Source: Candidatus Dojkabacteria bacterium (lineage in GTDB: Bacteria; Patescibacteriota; Dojkabacteria; SC72). Taken from it: a DNA stretch of 64,000 bases. Positions 29,481 through 39,491 of the stretch are shown in pieces (positions within the stretch are counted from its first letter, which is position 1; each line of letters opens with the position of its first letter). Position numbers and translations under genes: made by a program. The notes under the pieces are model-generated. The model made no database searches and had not been told where the DNA came from. It saw only the letters and a list, made by a program, of their open reading frames with translations. The stretch lies in assembly GCA_035271645.1 (NCBI GenBank), contig DATERJ010000018.1:17399-81398 (forward strand), read 5' to 3'.

Positions 29481-30701
29481 TTATTTATTATTTTTAAATT
29501 TAGGTAATCTAATATTTCCTGTTACTAGGTTATTTATTAGGTATTTTCTTTGTTGTTCCATTAGAGTTTTTTTATTTTCTAATAGTTCTATTTCTTTGTT
29601 GGATTGGGTGAGGATTCTTACTATTTCTTTTTGTTCTTGGAGAGGAGGAATAGTTACAGACATCTTCCTTAAATCACTACCATAAAGATGAACGATTGTT
29701 ATCCCTTGTGCAAGTCGAGCCATGTCTAATTTCTTAGCATATGAAAGATAGTATGCTAGAAATTCACCATCAATATCTTTCTTAGGTCTAAATATATTAA
29801 TATCTCCCCCTAATAAAACATCATCTCTCATTAAACAAGATGCTGTTGCAACATCTAAAGCATTAGTTGTTGTAGATGCTGGAACTAGAACATCACCTTT
29901 AACTGATCGGACTCCTTCACTAATGTTCGTACGACTAGATACTTCATCTATTATATCACCGTATGTTGTATATAACTCACCATACAATATACATTCTTCT
30001 TGTCCATTGTCATCTAATACTGCTTTAGAAAGACCACGACCTTTTAACACACTTACTATGTCTCCTAGTCGATGTTCCTTAAGATAATCTTTTTTAATTG
30101 TTTTATATGAGAGTAGATTTTGTATTAGATATTTTTCAACATTTTTCTTTACTTCTATCTTTTTATCTAAGAGTTCTATGTATTTATCCCATTTTTCTAT
30201 AGTAGATACGATTTCTTTTTGTTCTTCAATAATGGGAGTGTTTATCTTGAAATTACCTATTAAATCTAAAGTCAACTGTGGCTGTGCGCTACCGAATACT
30301 GCTTTGGTTACTTCTCTTGCAAACAAAGAAGAACCCATAAATAATTGTAGATATCTAGTATCTAGACTTTCTTCCATATTACGAATAATAACCATTCCAG
30401 AATTGATTCTTATATGAGAAAATGTAACATCATCACCATAATATGCAAATCTCCCAACTGTCCCTCTAGTTGTTAAGACCAGATCTCCCCTGAACAACTT
30501 ACCATTACCCATCAAGTTGTCTTTCTCTAAAGAAATAAACTTTGTATGAGAGAAATCAAAAGTACCTTCTTGAATATTGTCTGCACTCAGAAATACACAG
30601 TCTCCGTTCTCGGACAAATCATCACTCTTAGGATAGTTTTTCCCCCTGTCCCCATCAATAATTTTTATATTTAAATCTCTTAACTTTTTTCTACAAAACA
30701 T
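29481..30701 (-). CDS. hsdS: Type I R-M specificity subunit S (two TRDs)
   Basis: Two TRD plus P..EEQKEIV coiled-coil repeats, C-terminal LVTGNIR. Confidence 0.9.
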   Translation of the reverse strand: MFCRKKLRDLNIKIIDGDRGKNYPKSDDLSENGDCVFLSADNIQEGTFDFSHTKFISLEKDNLMGNGKLFRGDLVLTTRGTVGRFAYYGDDVTFSHIRINSGMVIIRNMEESLDTRYLQLFMGSSLFAREVTKAVFGSAQPQLTLDLIGNFKINTPIIEEQKEIVSTIEKWDKYIELLDKKIEVKKNVEKYLIQNLLSYKTIKKDYLKEHRLGDIVSVLKGRGLSKAVLDDNGQEECILYGELYTTYGDIIDEVSSRTNISEGVRSVKGDVLVPASTTTNALDVATASCLMRDDVLLGGDINIFRPKKDIDGEFLAYYLSYAKKLDMARLAQGITIVHLYGSDLRKMSVTIPPLQEQKEIVRILTQSNKEIELLENKKTLMEQQRKYLINNLVTGNIRLPKFKNNK

Positions 30702-31822
30702 ATTTCTCTAATATCCCTTTTTAAATTATCTGATTCTCCCTGAACCTTCCCCACCATTCTCTTAGCTCTCTCTAATACATGGTCATAAGTTAGTATACTA
30801 ATATTTTGATAGGTTGAGTTTAATACTCTATACATTTTCTTTTCTTCATCATTCCATTCAATATTTCTACCATATATCAAGGTAATTTTAGGTTTTAATA
30901 ATGTATACCCACCTAATTTCTCAAGATACTCGGCATCATTTATCTTCTTCTCTATTTCTACAAGATACTTCATACATTGTACAGTTGCTTTTGTTAGATT
31001 TGCTGTTGGACATGTATCAGAGGTCCAAAAACTTGAACTCGGCAATTTTAACTCTACAATATCTACAAAACCATCATAAGATTGTAGTAAATAATCTGTG
31101 ATATCATCTTCATCAATATTACGATGATCTAACATTTCCACATATTCCGCACCTAATATCCACTTGTTTTCCTTGAAAAACCTTTGCCAAACCTCTTCAT
31201 CTTTACCAACTCCAAGTTCATTCTTGTATTTTTCAAATTCCGCCTCATCATTCAAGATTTTCTCAAATCTATCGACTGCCCTTTTCCTGTGAGTTATATC
31301 TTCAAGATCACCATACTGAAGTAAATTGAAATTTCTTACAATCTCTGTAAGTTTTTCTTGACCAACAGGATCTTTAACAACTAAATCCAAGAACTTCTTT
31401 AATTCTTCAGGGTTTTCGATGATTGACTTATCCAACATCAAAGTTCTATTTGCAATCGATTCCAAATCCAAATTTGAAAACACATGTAGTAACTGCAAAA
31501 TCCTCTCAAAAGCAAGTGTCGAAAAATGTATCTTTTCCAACCTTTTATTAGACAACTTTGAGATTTCCACTCCATCTATTTTCTTAGAGTTTGTTAAATA
31601 TGTCACTCTTAAACAAATTTTAGGAGATATTTTAATTTTTATATCTTCACCTTCAGAATCTGGGCAATCAGTTACTGAGATATACTTGCCTTCGCCACTA
31701 GCAAAGTCAGCTACATATATAACCCCATTCTTCTTATTTTCTAAAATACTCTCCTCCGAAGTATCAAAAGGTTCTATTCCTGTATAAGCATTATCCATTT
31801 TCAGAATAACTTTTAAACTCAA
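30680..31822 (-). CDS. Shedu-like (DUF4263) anti-phage nuclease
   Basis: EEVWQRFFKENKWILG, DYLL...VDIVELKLP, Q...Y, PKITLIYGR, ILTYDHVLERA. Confidence 0.75.
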   Translation of the reverse strand: MSLKVILKMDNAYTGIEPFDTSEESILENKKNGVIYVADFASGEGKYISVTDCPDSEGEDIKIKISPKICLRVTYLTNSKKIDGVEISKLSNKRLEKIHFSTLAFERILQLLHVFSNLDLESIANRTLMLDKSIIENPEELKKFLDLVVKDPVGQEKLTEIVRNFNLLQYGDLEDITHRKRAVDRFEKILNDEAEFEKYKNELGVGKDEEVWQRFFKENKWILGAEYVEMLDHRNIDEDDITDYLLQSYDGFVDIVELKLPSSSFWTSDTCPTANLTKATVQCMKYLVEIEKKINDAEYLEKLGGYTLLKPKITLIYGRNIEWNDEEKKMYRVLNSTYQNISILTYDHVLERAKRMVGKVQGESDNLKRDIREICFVEKS

Positions 31823-31823
31823 C

Positions 31824-33341
31824 TTAACTAATCCCCAAATCCTTAAGACATTCTTTCATCTCTTTCTCTAATCTCTTAAGTTCTGGTTCTATATCTTCTA
31901 ATTCTTTCAAATTAGCTTTAATATCTACTGGTTCCTCCTCCTCAAATGTATCTACATACCTAGTAATATTAAGATTAAAATCATTCTCCTCTATCTCATC
32001 AGGATTAACTACCCTCGCGAACTTCTCAACATCTTTTCTTGCAACATAGGTATCATAAATCTTCTGTATATTCTCATCAGATAATGTATTCTTAGGAGAA
32101 CCTGCTACAAACTCCTTAGATGCTTCTATAAAGAAGATATCTTTCCTATCTTCATTCTCACCACCCTCTTCTCTAGATCTATCTATAATTAGTAAAACAA
32201 CAGGTATATCCGTTGTTTGAAATAACTTTCCTGGTAAACCAATAACAGCATCAATAATATTCTCTTCTATAAATCTTCTTCTTATCTTTCCTTCTGCCCC
32301 ACTTCTAAACAAAACACCATGGGGTACAACTATTACAGCTCTACCAGATTTAGGTTTTAATGTCTCAACTGCATGAGTAATGAAAGCATAATCTCCATTC
32401 CCTTTTGGTGGAATACCTCTAAAGAACCTATTGTATTTATCACCCTCAGCATTCTCAGCTCCCCATTTATCTAAAGAATATGGAGGATTTGCTACGATAA
32501 TATCAAACTTCATTAACCTATCATTCTCTACCAATTGAGGATTGTTTAATGTATCACCCCATTCAATTCTTGCATCATCTTTACCATGAAGAAACATATT
32601 CATTCTACATAATTGATATGTACTACCTTTTGATTCCTGCCCATACAATGCATAGTCCTTAGAACCACTCTCTTCAACTTCTTTACCTGCTAGTAGGAGC
32701 ATACCTCCAGAGCCACATGCAAAATCCGCTATCCTATCACCCTTTTTAGGTTGTGCAAGTTTAGCTACAATTTTAGAAATTTGAGTAGGAGAAAAGAATT
32801 CTCCTGCTTTTTTACCTGCATCTGCTCCAAACCTCTCAATCATGTACATATATGCATTACCCATAACATCATCATCTACATCTGTTAAATCTATCTTTGC
32901 AAAATCTTTAATCAAATTCCTAATCATCTTGTTTCTCTCCTCTAACTTTCCTAATACTGCTTCTGAATTGAAATCTACACTAAATACTCCTCCTAACTTT
33001 GCTTCATTAGCATCTTCTATCTTAGCAAGTACCTTGTTCAATTCTTCTCCAATATTATCCTCTTCCATAATGCTGTAAATGTAGTCAAAAGATGTATTTG
33101 GAGGAAGATAGAATCTATCAAGTTTCATTTTTGCCTCTATTCTTTCCTTATCATTAGCAAATCTCTCTTTATATTCTTCCCTCTTTTTATTTGATAAATC
33201 ACTAAGATATTTGAAGAACAACATAACTAAAACATAATCCTTGTATATACTGGCATCTACTGCTGTCCTAGATGAGTCTGCAGCTGCCCAAAGAACTTTA
33301 TTAAGTTCTTCTTGTGAATATTTCTTGGTGTTTCTTGCCAT
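31824..33341 (-). CDS. hsdM: Type I R-M methyltransferase subunit M
   Basis: LWAAAD, GEFFSP, DFACGSGG, ANPPY, PHGVLFR, FNLNITRY. Confidence 0.95.
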   Translation of the reverse strand: MARNTKKYSQEELNKVLWAAADSSRTAVDASIYKDYVLVMLFFKYLSDLSNKKREEYKERFANDKERIEAKMKLDRFYLPPNTSFDYIYSIMEEDNIGEELNKVLAKIEDANEAKLGGVFSVDFNSEAVLGKLEERNKMIRNLIKDFAKIDLTDVDDDVMGNAYMYMIERFGADAGKKAGEFFSPTQISKIVAKLAQPKKGDRIADFACGSGGMLLLAGKEVEESGSKDYALYGQESKGSTYQLCRMNMFLHGKDDARIEWGDTLNNPQLVENDRLMKFDIIVANPPYSLDKWGAENAEGDKYNRFFRGIPPKGNGDYAFITHAVETLKPKSGRAVIVVPHGVLFRSGAEGKIRRRFIEENIIDAVIGLPGKLFQTTDIPVVLLIIDRSREEGGENEDRKDIFFIEASKEFVAGSPKNTLSDENIQKIYDTYVARKDVEKFARVVNPDEIEENDFNLNITRYVDTFEEEEPVDIKANLKELEDIEPELKRLEKEMKECLKDLGIS

Positions 33342-33350
33342 TTTAATTTT

Positions 33351-33923
33351 TTAAAAATTTAATTTCTTAACAGCATAATTAAGAATATTTTCATTAATAT
33401 CCTTCTTCCTATCTAAAAGATCTTTCTGTTTAACAATATTATCATACAAAGAGATGATTCTTTTTTGATATTCGATATCTGGGACTGGTATATTTAATCT
33501 TTCTAATTGGCTTTTAGAAATTCCTTTTATATATGCTCCAATACTTATTTTCTCTAATTCCTTCTGACCTTCAGGAGAGGAGAGATATATTGCTAAATAC
33601 TTTGGAATTAGTTTTTTGTTATTTACTCTGACAACTAGAATGGATGATGTTGCTATTGCATCGAGGTTTTCATCAAAGTAACCCACAGTCGAATTACCTT
33701 TTGAGGCTACTAATACATCCCTTTTCTTAAGGAAGGCAAGGGTTTCTAGGTCATCTGTATCAACTTTCTGTAAAGATTCTAGATCAAAATTGATAGAATT
33801 AGGAAGTAAATCTTGAGATTGAATTACCAGTGTTTTTCCTTGGGGCATTTTAGCAACAGACATTCTAAATGAGTATCCTGACAATATATCTGCTACTTGA
33901 TTTAGTCTATATCTCTCTATCAT
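33351..33923 (-). CDS. Single-TRD (half) HsdS-like specificity protein
   Basis: LNQVADILSG, DVLVASKG, PKYLAIYL, IPVPDIEYQ; TGCTATAAT 6 nt before ATG 33923. Confidence 0.75.
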   Translation of the reverse strand: MIERYRLNQVADILSGYSFRMSVAKMPQGKTLVIQSQDLLPNSINFDLESLQKVDTDDLETLAFLKKRDVLVASKGNSTVGYFDENLDAIATSSILVVRVNNKKLIPKYLAIYLSSPEGQKELEKISIGAYIKGISKSQLERLNIPVPDIEYQKRIISLYDNIVKQKDLLDRKKDINENILNYAVKKLNF

Positions 33924-33961
33924 ACACACATTATAGCACAGGTGTTTAAATTTGTCAAGCC

Positions 33962-34981
33962 CTACCTCCCTACTGTCCCCAAAACCACCCTCTCACATAA
34001 TTCTTCAAATGATATACCTACTACCATAGCTTCCTGTGGTAATAAACTAGTAGGAGTCATACCAGGTAATGTATTAGCTTCTAAACAAAAAAATTTGTTT
34101 TTTGTATCACTAAGTAAAAAATCTATCCTAGAATAACTACCTAAACCCAATACATTATGTACTCTTAATGCAATACTCCTTACCTCTTTTTCTTTCTCTT
34201 GGGTTAAGTTACTAGGACAAACCTCAATACTAGCTCCCTTCTGATACTTGTTCTTGTAATCATAGAAACCTTTCTTAGGTATAACCTCAATACTAGGTAA
34301 CACCTCCCCATTCAATATACCTACAGAAAACTCCCTACCCTTAATATACTCCTCAAGAAGAATATCATCAGAATACCTCCTAGCCTCTCTAACAGCATCA
34401 TCTAACCCATCCTTACTTCTTACTATCCTAACCCCTACACTAGAACCACAATCCAATGGTTTAACTACACAAGGAATATCAAACTTAGGTATCTCTGCTC
34501 CCTTCTTAACTACAACATACTTAGGAGTAAGAATACCATTCTTAACAAACACATCCTTACTCTTACCTTTATCCATAGCTAACATAGAAGATTTAGAATC
34601 ACTACCTGTATATCTAATACCTAAATCTTCAAATATTTTCTGTAACTTACCATTCTCTCCAATATCACCATGTAATCCTAAAAATACAACATCACTATAC
34701 TTACATATCTCTAATACATTCTTCCCTATCTTCTCACTACCATATATCTTTTCTAATTCTTTTAAATCAGGTTCATTCTTAGGTACTACATATTTAAATG
34801 GTTTACCACCTTTCTTAAACAACTTAGATATACCACCCTTAGGAATATCACAACCTAAATACAGATCTAACATACATACACTATGATTATTCTTTAACAA
34901 AGCATTCCCTATTAAAGCACCAGAAGACAGAGATACATCTCTCTCAGGACTAAGACCACCACATAGTACTACAATATTCAT
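33962..34981 (-). CDS. ddl: D-alanine--D-alanine ligase
   Basis: GGLSPERDVSL, LHGDIGENG, GSSVG, YDYKNKY, EANTLPGMT. Confidence 0.95.
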   Translation of the reverse strand: MNIVVLCGGLSPERDVSLSSGALIGNALLKNNHSVCMLDLYLGCDIPKGGISKLFKKGGKPFKYVVPKNEPDLKELEKIYGSEKIGKNVLEICKYSDVVFLGLHGDIGENGKLQKIFEDLGIRYTGSDSKSSMLAMDKGKSKDVFVKNGILTPKYVVVKKGAEIPKFDIPCVVKPLDCGSSVGVRIVRSKDGLDDAVREARRYSDDILLEEYIKGREFSVGILNGEVLPSIEVIPKKGFYDYKNKYQKGASIEVCPSNLTQEKEKEVRSIALRVHNVLGLGSYSRIDFLLSDTKNKFFCLEANTLPGMTPTSLLPQEAMVVGISFEELCERVVLGTVGR

Positions 34982-35037
34982 AGTTAGAGTATATATTATT
35001 TCTATACAACACTCACCTAAAATATGGTATAATGTAT

Positions 35038-35117
35038 ATAGAGTGATTTAGTGTCGAATTGTTGCCATTATGGTATGCGTTTCTGAGAAATCAGAATAGG
35101 CACTAAATCCATTCTAT
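35038..35117 (+). ncRNA. Putative three-way-junction RNA convergent with the DUF3800 gene
   Basis: Extended -10 TGGTATAAT at 35025-35033; 18-bp closing stem 35038-55/35099-117 with two G-U pairs on the + strand; inner hairpins UGCCA/UGGUA and UUCUGA-GAAA-UCAGAA. Confidence 0.65.
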
Positions 35118-35740
35118 TTCATCACACAAACATCTATAACCTTTTTCCTTATCACTTCTAGATATATATCACTATCATTTCTTCCCCTCTCTAAAGATTT
35201 GTATATACTACCAACAACCATATCAACAACTTGTATCATCGGTTCACTCCTAGAATCTACATATTTAACCCCTGAGATATATTTATCTTTATATTTCCCA
35301 TTCAACCCCCTTATTTCAGAATTAATAGCTCTTTTCATTTCTCTCTCTTTCTTACCATCTACCACTAGTTTCGCAGAATCTAACAAATGAAGATTCTTTG
35401 TTAGTAATTGTCTAAAAAAGTAATTGTAATAATCATGTTTATTCTTTATGACAACATGAGAAAAGTACGAGTTCTTATCAACCACTAAACACACAACTCT
35501 CATATCAAAATCTTTTACAAGAGAAAGAAATTTCAGCCTTAACTCTTTGTTCGCCTTTCGAAACTTAAATTCAAAACAATCACTTTTTCCTAGTGATTTC
35601 TTAAATCTCACAACCTCCCTCCTACTCTTTTCTACTACCGATTTAGAATTAAAGAGAATCATACATAGCACAAAGAAAGGACTAGAACCCTTATCTAGCT
35701 TAATACCTGGATCTCCTGATTCATCTATGAAAACAATCAT
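35114..35740 (-). CDS. DUF3800-family (RNase H-like) protein
   Basis: MIVFIDESGD...FFVL, EFKF, VVDG, DSRSEPMIQVVDMVVG. Confidence 0.85.
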   Translation of the reverse strand: MIVFIDESGDPGIKLDKGSSPFFVLCMILFNSKSVVEKSRREVVRFKKSLGKSDCFEFKFRKANKELRLKFLSLVKDFDMRVVCLVVDKNSYFSHVVIKNKHDYYNYFFRQLLTKNLHLLDSAKLVVDGKKEREMKRAINSEIRGLNGKYKDKYISGVKYVDSRSEPMIQVVDMVVGSIYKSLERGRNDSDIYLEVIRKKVIDVCVMK

Positions 35741-35841
35741 AGGTGAATTCTAGCACTAAGCCTTCCTAAAGGTATTAAGAGTTAATTAAAACAGGTCTAT
35801 AATGATGAAAACATCTTTATTCCTATATGCTATACTATCCT

Positions 35842-36351
35842 ATGCCCAATCTACTAATATATATATTAATATTAATCCCCATACTCCTTGTACTAACCAT
35901 TCTCTCATCATTATCAAACAAAGGTCGTCTAAACAAAAATCTAAAAGCATATACATATACAAGAAAACCATACATCATGACCAAAGGAGAAAATGAATTC
36001 TTTCAAGTACTAACCAAAATACTTCAAAACAAATATTACATATTTCCTCAAATACACCTAACAACATTCCTAGAACACAAAGTAATGGGACAAACATGGA
36101 AAGGTGCTAAAGCTCATATAGATAGATTATCTGTAGACTATGTAATATGTGATAAGAAATATCTCTCTCCCATGATCGCAATCGAATTAGATGACTCTAC
36201 ACATAACAGAGGGGATAGGATTGTAAGAGATACAGAAGTAGAAAGAATATTACAAGAAGCTAAAGTACCACTAATTAGAATCCCATATACTGATAGATTT
36301 AAGGAAGAAGAGATTAAAGAGAAAGTTTTTCAATATCTCAAATCTAACTAA
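35842..36351 (+). CDS. DUF2726 domain membrane-anchored protein
   Basis: TM helix, E..FFQVL, FPQIHL, VDYVICD, IELDDSTH, RD......AKVPLIRI. Confidence 0.85.
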   Translation: MPNLLIYILILIPILLVLTILSSLSNKGRLNKNLKAYTYTRKPYIMTKGENEFFQVLTKILQNKYYIFPQIHLTTFLEHKVMGQTWKGAKAHIDRLSVDYVICDKKYLSPMIAIELDDSTHNRGDRIVRDTEVERILQEAKVPLIRIPYTDRFKEEEIKEKVFQYLKSN

Positions 36352-36363
36352 TGAAAAGGAATA

Positions 36364-37386
36364 CTACTCAATCACCCCACCACCTACAATGTAGTCATTG
36401 TCATAGAATACTACTGATTGACCAGGTGTAATAGCTCTCTGAGGTATATCAAATACTACCTTTACTTTATTATCACTCACAGGAAATATTGTACAACCTG
36501 CTTCCTTAGCCCCATACCTAATCTTAGCAGTAACCCTCATCTCCTTCTCTAACTTCTCAAACATAATCCAATTAAGATTACTAGCTACTAATGTATCACC
36601 TAATGTATCCTCATCATCACCTAATACAATAACATTCCTCTTAACATCAATGTCTACTACAAACAGAGGTTTGTTACTTGCAATACCCAAACCCTTCCTC
36701 TGTCCTACAGTATAGTTGTATACACCACTATGCTCACCTAATACATTCCCATTAACATCTACAAACTTACCATTAGGCATCTTCTTCTTAGTAGTGCTTT
36801 CAATGAAGCCAACATAGTCGTTATCTTCGATAAAGCATACCTCCTGACTATCCTCCTTCTCTGCAACAAACAAATCATTCTCCTTAGCTATCCTCCTTAC
36901 CTCCTCTTTCTCCATCCCCCCTATCGGAAACAATATCCTAGATAGTTGTTCTTGTGTAAGTCTGTAAAGAAAATATGCTTGATCCTTACCACTACTCTTC
37001 CCTTTCTTAAGAAGATATCTACCATCCCTCTCCTCTATCTGTGCATAATGACCAGTAGCAATATATTCAGCACCTAAGTCCATAGCTCCATCTAGTAATG
37101 CACTAAACTTAATCTCCTTGTTACATACCACACATGGATTAGGTGTTCTTCCTGCCAAATATTCATCTACAAAATATTTCATAACCTTTTCCTTAAAGAT
37201 ATCTCTAAAATCAAAAACATTAAATGGAATATCTAACTTCTTAGCTATCTTTCTAGAATCCTCTACAGCTTTCTCTGTTTGATATATTTCCATAGTACCA
37301 CCTATGACATCATATCCTTGTTGTTTAAGAAGAAGTGCAGCTACAGAACTATCTACACCACCACTCATTGCTATTAATACTTTCAT
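36364..37386 (-). CDS. mnmA: tRNA 2-thiouridylase MnmA
   Basis: AMSGGVDS, TPNPCVVCN, ATGHY, KDQAYFL, SQEVCF, TPGQ. Confidence 0.97.
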   Translation of the reverse strand: MKVLIAMSGGVDSSVAALLLKQQGYDVIGGTMEIYQTEKAVEDSRKIAKKLDIPFNVFDFRDIFKEKVMKYFVDEYLAGRTPNPCVVCNKEIKFSALLDGAMDLGAEYIATGHYAQIEERDGRYLLKKGKSSGKDQAYFLYRLTQEQLSRILFPIGGMEKEEVRRIAKENDLFVAEKEDSQEVCFIEDNDYVGFIESTTKKKMPNGKFVDVNGNVLGEHSGVYNYTVGQRKGLGIASNKPLFVVDIDVKRNVIVLGDDEDTLGDTLVASNLNWIMFEKLEKEMRVTAKIRYGAKEAGCTIFPVSDNKVKVVFDIPQRAITPGQSVVFYDNDYIVGGGVIE

Positions 37387-37485
37387 ATCATGATTATACT
37401 GTATCTCCCAAGAAAAGAAGAGTTAAAAAGAAAAGTACAAAAAGATATGGTATATTGTTAAAAGATTACATGATAAATTAAAAAT

Positions 37486-38451
37486 ATGAAAATAGTTTTA
37501 AATAATGCTAAATATGAAAAAGCTAATTTTGCTAATGAGCAAGAATTAGAAGATGCTGTTCTTAAACATTCCAAAGAGATATTTGGAGAAGACTGCCTCT
37601 ACATCTCTGTCAAAAGAAGAATTCAAAATCAAAGGAATAGTTTCATTAATATCCCTGATGCATACGTAGTTGATTTTAGGGGAAGACCAAAACTTTGGGT
37701 TGTTGAGAACGAACTTTCTACACATGATTCCTTTAAACATATTGGGATACAAATGCTTCAGTTTGCATCACAATTTACAGAAGGTTCTTTTCAAGTTAAA
37801 ACAATTCTTTTAGAAGCCATAAATGGTGATAAAGGATTACTTGAGAAAGCAAATACTCTAACAAAGAAAATTAAATATCCAAATATAGGGGCAGTTCTGG
37901 ACTATGCAATATTTAGAAATGATTTTGGTTTTATCATTGTAATAGATGATATTAATGAAGACTTACGTAGTGTAACACAAGAGCTAGCAAGACAACCAGA
38001 ATTACTACAAATACAAAAATATGTATCTACTGACAAGAAAGAAGTTATGTATGCTTACGAAGAACTACTTAGTGATGTTGTTGAATCTACATCTGCATGG
38101 GTTGCTGATATGGATGATATTGATACCATTGTTGCCCCTGCAAGAGAAGAAGGATTTAAGAGAGTTTTCCTAGGAGAGAAGGAATGGTATTCGATAAAGA
38201 TTGCCTCTTCAGTAATTCCAAGATTGAAATATTTAGCAATGTATGAAGTTGCTCCTGTTAGTGCCATTAGGTGGATTGGTAAAATTGAATCTATTCAACC
38301 ATATGAAGACACTGGGAAATACAAGATCATTCTTTCGGATATAAAAGAGATTCCTCCAATTAAACTAGGACACCCAAGATATACACCATATGGACATAGA
38401 TATACTACATTTGAGCTATTAATGAAAGCGAAAACCTTAGGAGATTTGTAA
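37486..38451 (+). CDS. PD-(D/E)xK nuclease-like N-domain fused to a putative PUA/EVE-like C-domain
   Basis: EQELE...IPDAYVVD...WVVENE; C-terminal DTIVAPAREEGF..VFL...WY.I...YLAMY...PVSAI. Confidence 0.5.
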   Translation: MKIVLNNAKYEKANFANEQELEDAVLKHSKEIFGEDCLYISVKRRIQNQRNSFINIPDAYVVDFRGRPKLWVVENELSTHDSFKHIGIQMLQFASQFTEGSFQVKTILLEAINGDKGLLEKANTLTKKIKYPNIGAVLDYAIFRNDFGFIIVIDDINEDLRSVTQELARQPELLQIQKYVSTDKKEVMYAYEELLSDVVESTSAWVADMDDIDTIVAPAREEGFKRVFLGEKEWYSIKIASSVIPRLKYLAMYEVAPVSAIRWIGKIESIQPYEDTGKYKIILSDIKEIPPIKLGHPRYTPYGHRYTTFELLMKAKTLGDL

Positions 38452-38459
38452 GACAATAC

Positions 38460-39491
38460 CTAAAACCCTAACTTAGCCTTCTCTAAAATATCTAACATCC
38501 TCTCCTGTACCTTCTCTGGCATACCCTCTATTGATTTGTTTACAAAACCCTTAACCACTATCTCCTCAGCATCATCATGACTAAAACCTTTTGTTTGAAG
38601 ATACTCTATCTCCTCACTAGAAACCTTACCTAAAAAAGCCTCATGTGTTAATTGAGTATTACTGTTCTTAGAAAAAAGTTGGGGTATAGCGGTAACCTTA
38701 GCTCCATCTGTTAGTAGTAGAGCATTACAATCAATATGTCCCTTTGAGTTATCACCCACACCTTCTAGTATTGTGTTGGTAACAAAATCACCACCACCAT
38801 TAACAGCGGATGAATGAATCTCCCCTACACTATCCTTACCCAAAAGCTTAATATTACCACCAAGATCAATATTTGATTTAGGATGGATATATGAAAGGGA
38901 ATTTAGAATGGTCTGACCACCATCATCTACCTCAACAGTAGGATTAGAAACAATCTCCTTAACCTTCTCCCAAACAATATAGTTGGATATATATCTACCA
39001 CCCTTAGCAACATGAACCTTAACATTTGGATATACCTTAGAAGTACTACCCCATGAATGAATCATATTAAATATCAATGTAGCATTCTCACCAACAAAAA
39101 TATCTGTCACAGACCTATGTATATTACCTTTAACATGCTTACCTGAAAGACAACCAGTAAAAAGCTCGAGATGACCACCCTCTTCTACTACAATGACATT
39201 CTGTACCCTTTGTTCTAAACCTTCCTCTGATGTAAGAAAACATGTCTGAGCATTACCAAAAGAATTCTTAGAACACTTAATGAAATATCCTGTATATTTC
39301 TTCCAATCATTCTTCTGAAGTACTAACTTCTTCTCCTTAATATACTTACCAACCAAAGGATTAGATATACTCAAAACCTCTAAAGTTTCAGTATCACTCT
39401 CAAGCAGCAAAGGCTCATTATCATTAAGAACAATATATGGATCAAAACCGATGTTCATATAGTTGTTGAGAAAGTCTTCCAAGTTCATCAT
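38460..39491 (-). CDS. SufB/SufD-family Fe-S scaffold (SmsB-like)
   Basis: Beta-helix repeats, GHIDCNALL, AIPQL, LTHEAFLGK, IVVKGF. Confidence 0.85.
   Translation of the reverse strand: MMNLEDFLNNYMNIGFDPYIVLNDNEPLLLESDTETLEVLSISNPLVGKYIKEKKLVLQKNDWKKYTGYFIKCSKNSFGNAQTCFLTSEEGLEQRVQNVIVVEEGGHLELFTGCLSGKHVKGNIHRSVTDIFVGENATLIFNMIHSWGSTSKVYPNVKVHVAKGGRYISNYIVWEKVKEIVSNPTVEVDDGGQTILNSLSYIHPKSNIDLGGNIKLLGKDSVGEIHSSAVNGGGDFVTNTILEGVGDNSKGHIDCNALLLTDGAKVTAIPQLFSKNSNTQLTHEAFLGKVSSEEIEYLQTKGFSHDDAEEIVVKGFVNKSIEGMPEKVQERMLDILEKAKLGF

Noticed and set aside
12144-34000. Prophage or integrative element at tRNA-Asp
   Set aside because: No integrase, phage structural genes or att duplication recognised
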